Part shown: in pieces, positions 62,708 through 64,000 of the stretch
Layout: each line of letters opens with the position of its first letter
Position numbering within the stretch: position 1 is the stretch's first letter
Assembly (NCBI RefSeq): GCF_006345805.1
Contig: NC_043002.1
Location: 90,954,001 to 91,018,000 of the forward strand
DNA: 64,000 nt
Reading direction: 5' to 3'
Origin: Octopus sinensis
Lineage: Eukaryota
The notes under the pieces: model-generated
The model's input: only the letters and a program-made list of their open reading frames with translations
Database searches by the model: none
What the model was told of the DNA's origin: nothing
Made by a program: the position numbers and the translations under genes

Positions 62708-63309
62708 AAACAACTGGCTGCTGATATGTCAAAATCAACATGAGAGTCTATAACTAGTAACAAAAAAAAAACTCTGAAAACAACAGGCAAGGGTGGTAAC
62801 TCAATTAAGATCAGATAATTGAAATTTTTGGAAAATAAATTTGATGCAAATTGAACTGGAACTTGTCTTTAACTGGTGAGAGTAACAGACATGTTTTGAT
62901 TCTTTAAAAACCATTTTACCATTTACCTTCAACATTTTTGAAGCTTCTCCTTCCCCGTTTTATATTTTTGTTAGTGTTTCATATCTGTTCATATAATGGT
63001 GGTGGGATGGGAGCAGCGCTGATATATGTGTGTTTGCGTGAAAATTCTGTTTGTATGTGTGTGGCAATTTTGGATTGATGTTATGCGTTGCTCTGTGCAT
63101 TAGTGTGCTTGGGGAAGGTGAATATGGTTTTTTTTGTATGAATATGAGTATGTGTTGCTGTGTTACTCCTCCTCCTCCTTCTTCTCCTCCTCTTCCCCCT
63201 TTTATTTTCTTGACTTTCCCCTTCCACCTCTACCCTGGTGTAAGGTTATTTACTTTTATTCCAAATGCCTTTATACAACCAGCATTAACTCATTAACTCA
63301 GATTGACAG

Positions 63310-63845
63310 CTAATGTTTTCACCACCACTACCATTACCATTATAACTATCACCACCTCAACTACTATTAGAACCACCACCACTACTACTATCACAACCAC
63401 CATCACCACTACCATCACCACTACCATCATAACTATCACCACCACCCTACTACTACTACTACTACTACTACTACAACCACCACCTCTACTACTATCACCA
63501 TTGCCATCAATACTACTACTACTGCCTCCACCAGCTACTTGCCACCACCACTACCACAATAACCATCATAACAACCACCACCACCACCACCACCACCACT
63601 TCTGATACTACTATTTTTGTTGTCTATGAGATTCAATTAATATATTTAATAAAAGTGGGGAGAAAAATATATAGCGAAAGTGTGAGAGAGAGAGAGAGAG
63701 GGTGAGAAAGAGAGAGAGAGAAAGAGAGAGGGAGAGAGAGAGAGAGGGAGAAAGAGAGAGAAAGAGAGAGGGAGAGAGAGAGAGAGAGGGAGAAAGAGAG
63801 AGAAAGAGAGAGGGAGAGAGAGAGAGAGAGAGAAAGGAGGAGGGG
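63310..63845. repeat. (CAC/TAC) tract and (GA)-rich purine tract
   Basis: Direct reading. Confidence 0.93.
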
Positions 63846-64000
63846 CAAGGGCAACTTTGAAGTTGTGGTTGTTAAATCGTTCAGTAATTGCTGACGGGGC
63901 AAATTATGGTCACATGGTTAGTGACATCATTGGTATCTTATTTGTGTATAATCAAGCTACAGCAGTGGTAGCAATGGTTGTGGTGGTGGTGGTAGTGGTA

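Overview
AT-rich eukaryotic DNA made almost entirely of repeats. The SINE families match, from my recollection only, those of Octopus (coleoid cephalopod) genomes, so the organism is an inference. I found no intact host protein-coding gene, rRNA or CRISPR array; nearly all ORF-track calls are read-through of microsatellites. The window holds about 50 copies of several tRNA-derived SINE families (labelled A/A', B, C, D, E, H here), some with clear target-site duplications (TSDs). It also holds decayed RTE and R4/Dong-like LINEs, Penelope-like element (PLE) fragments including a GIY-YIG remnant, Tc1/mariner remnants, TTAA (piggyBac-type) MITEs, non-autonomous Helitrons, a Helentron/HINE-like element and very many simple and compound microsatellites. 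Two signals stand out. (1) Five to six hammerhead-ribozyme motifs lie in PLE termini next to (TA)n arrays, including an inverted pair with intact catalytic cores at 34.3/34.7 kb. (2) There is a series of fold-back palindromes ranging from perfect (105 bp and 111 bp arms) to about 80% identical. Unless a TSD or terminus is quoted, boundaries are by-eye estimates good to roughly 10-20 bp.
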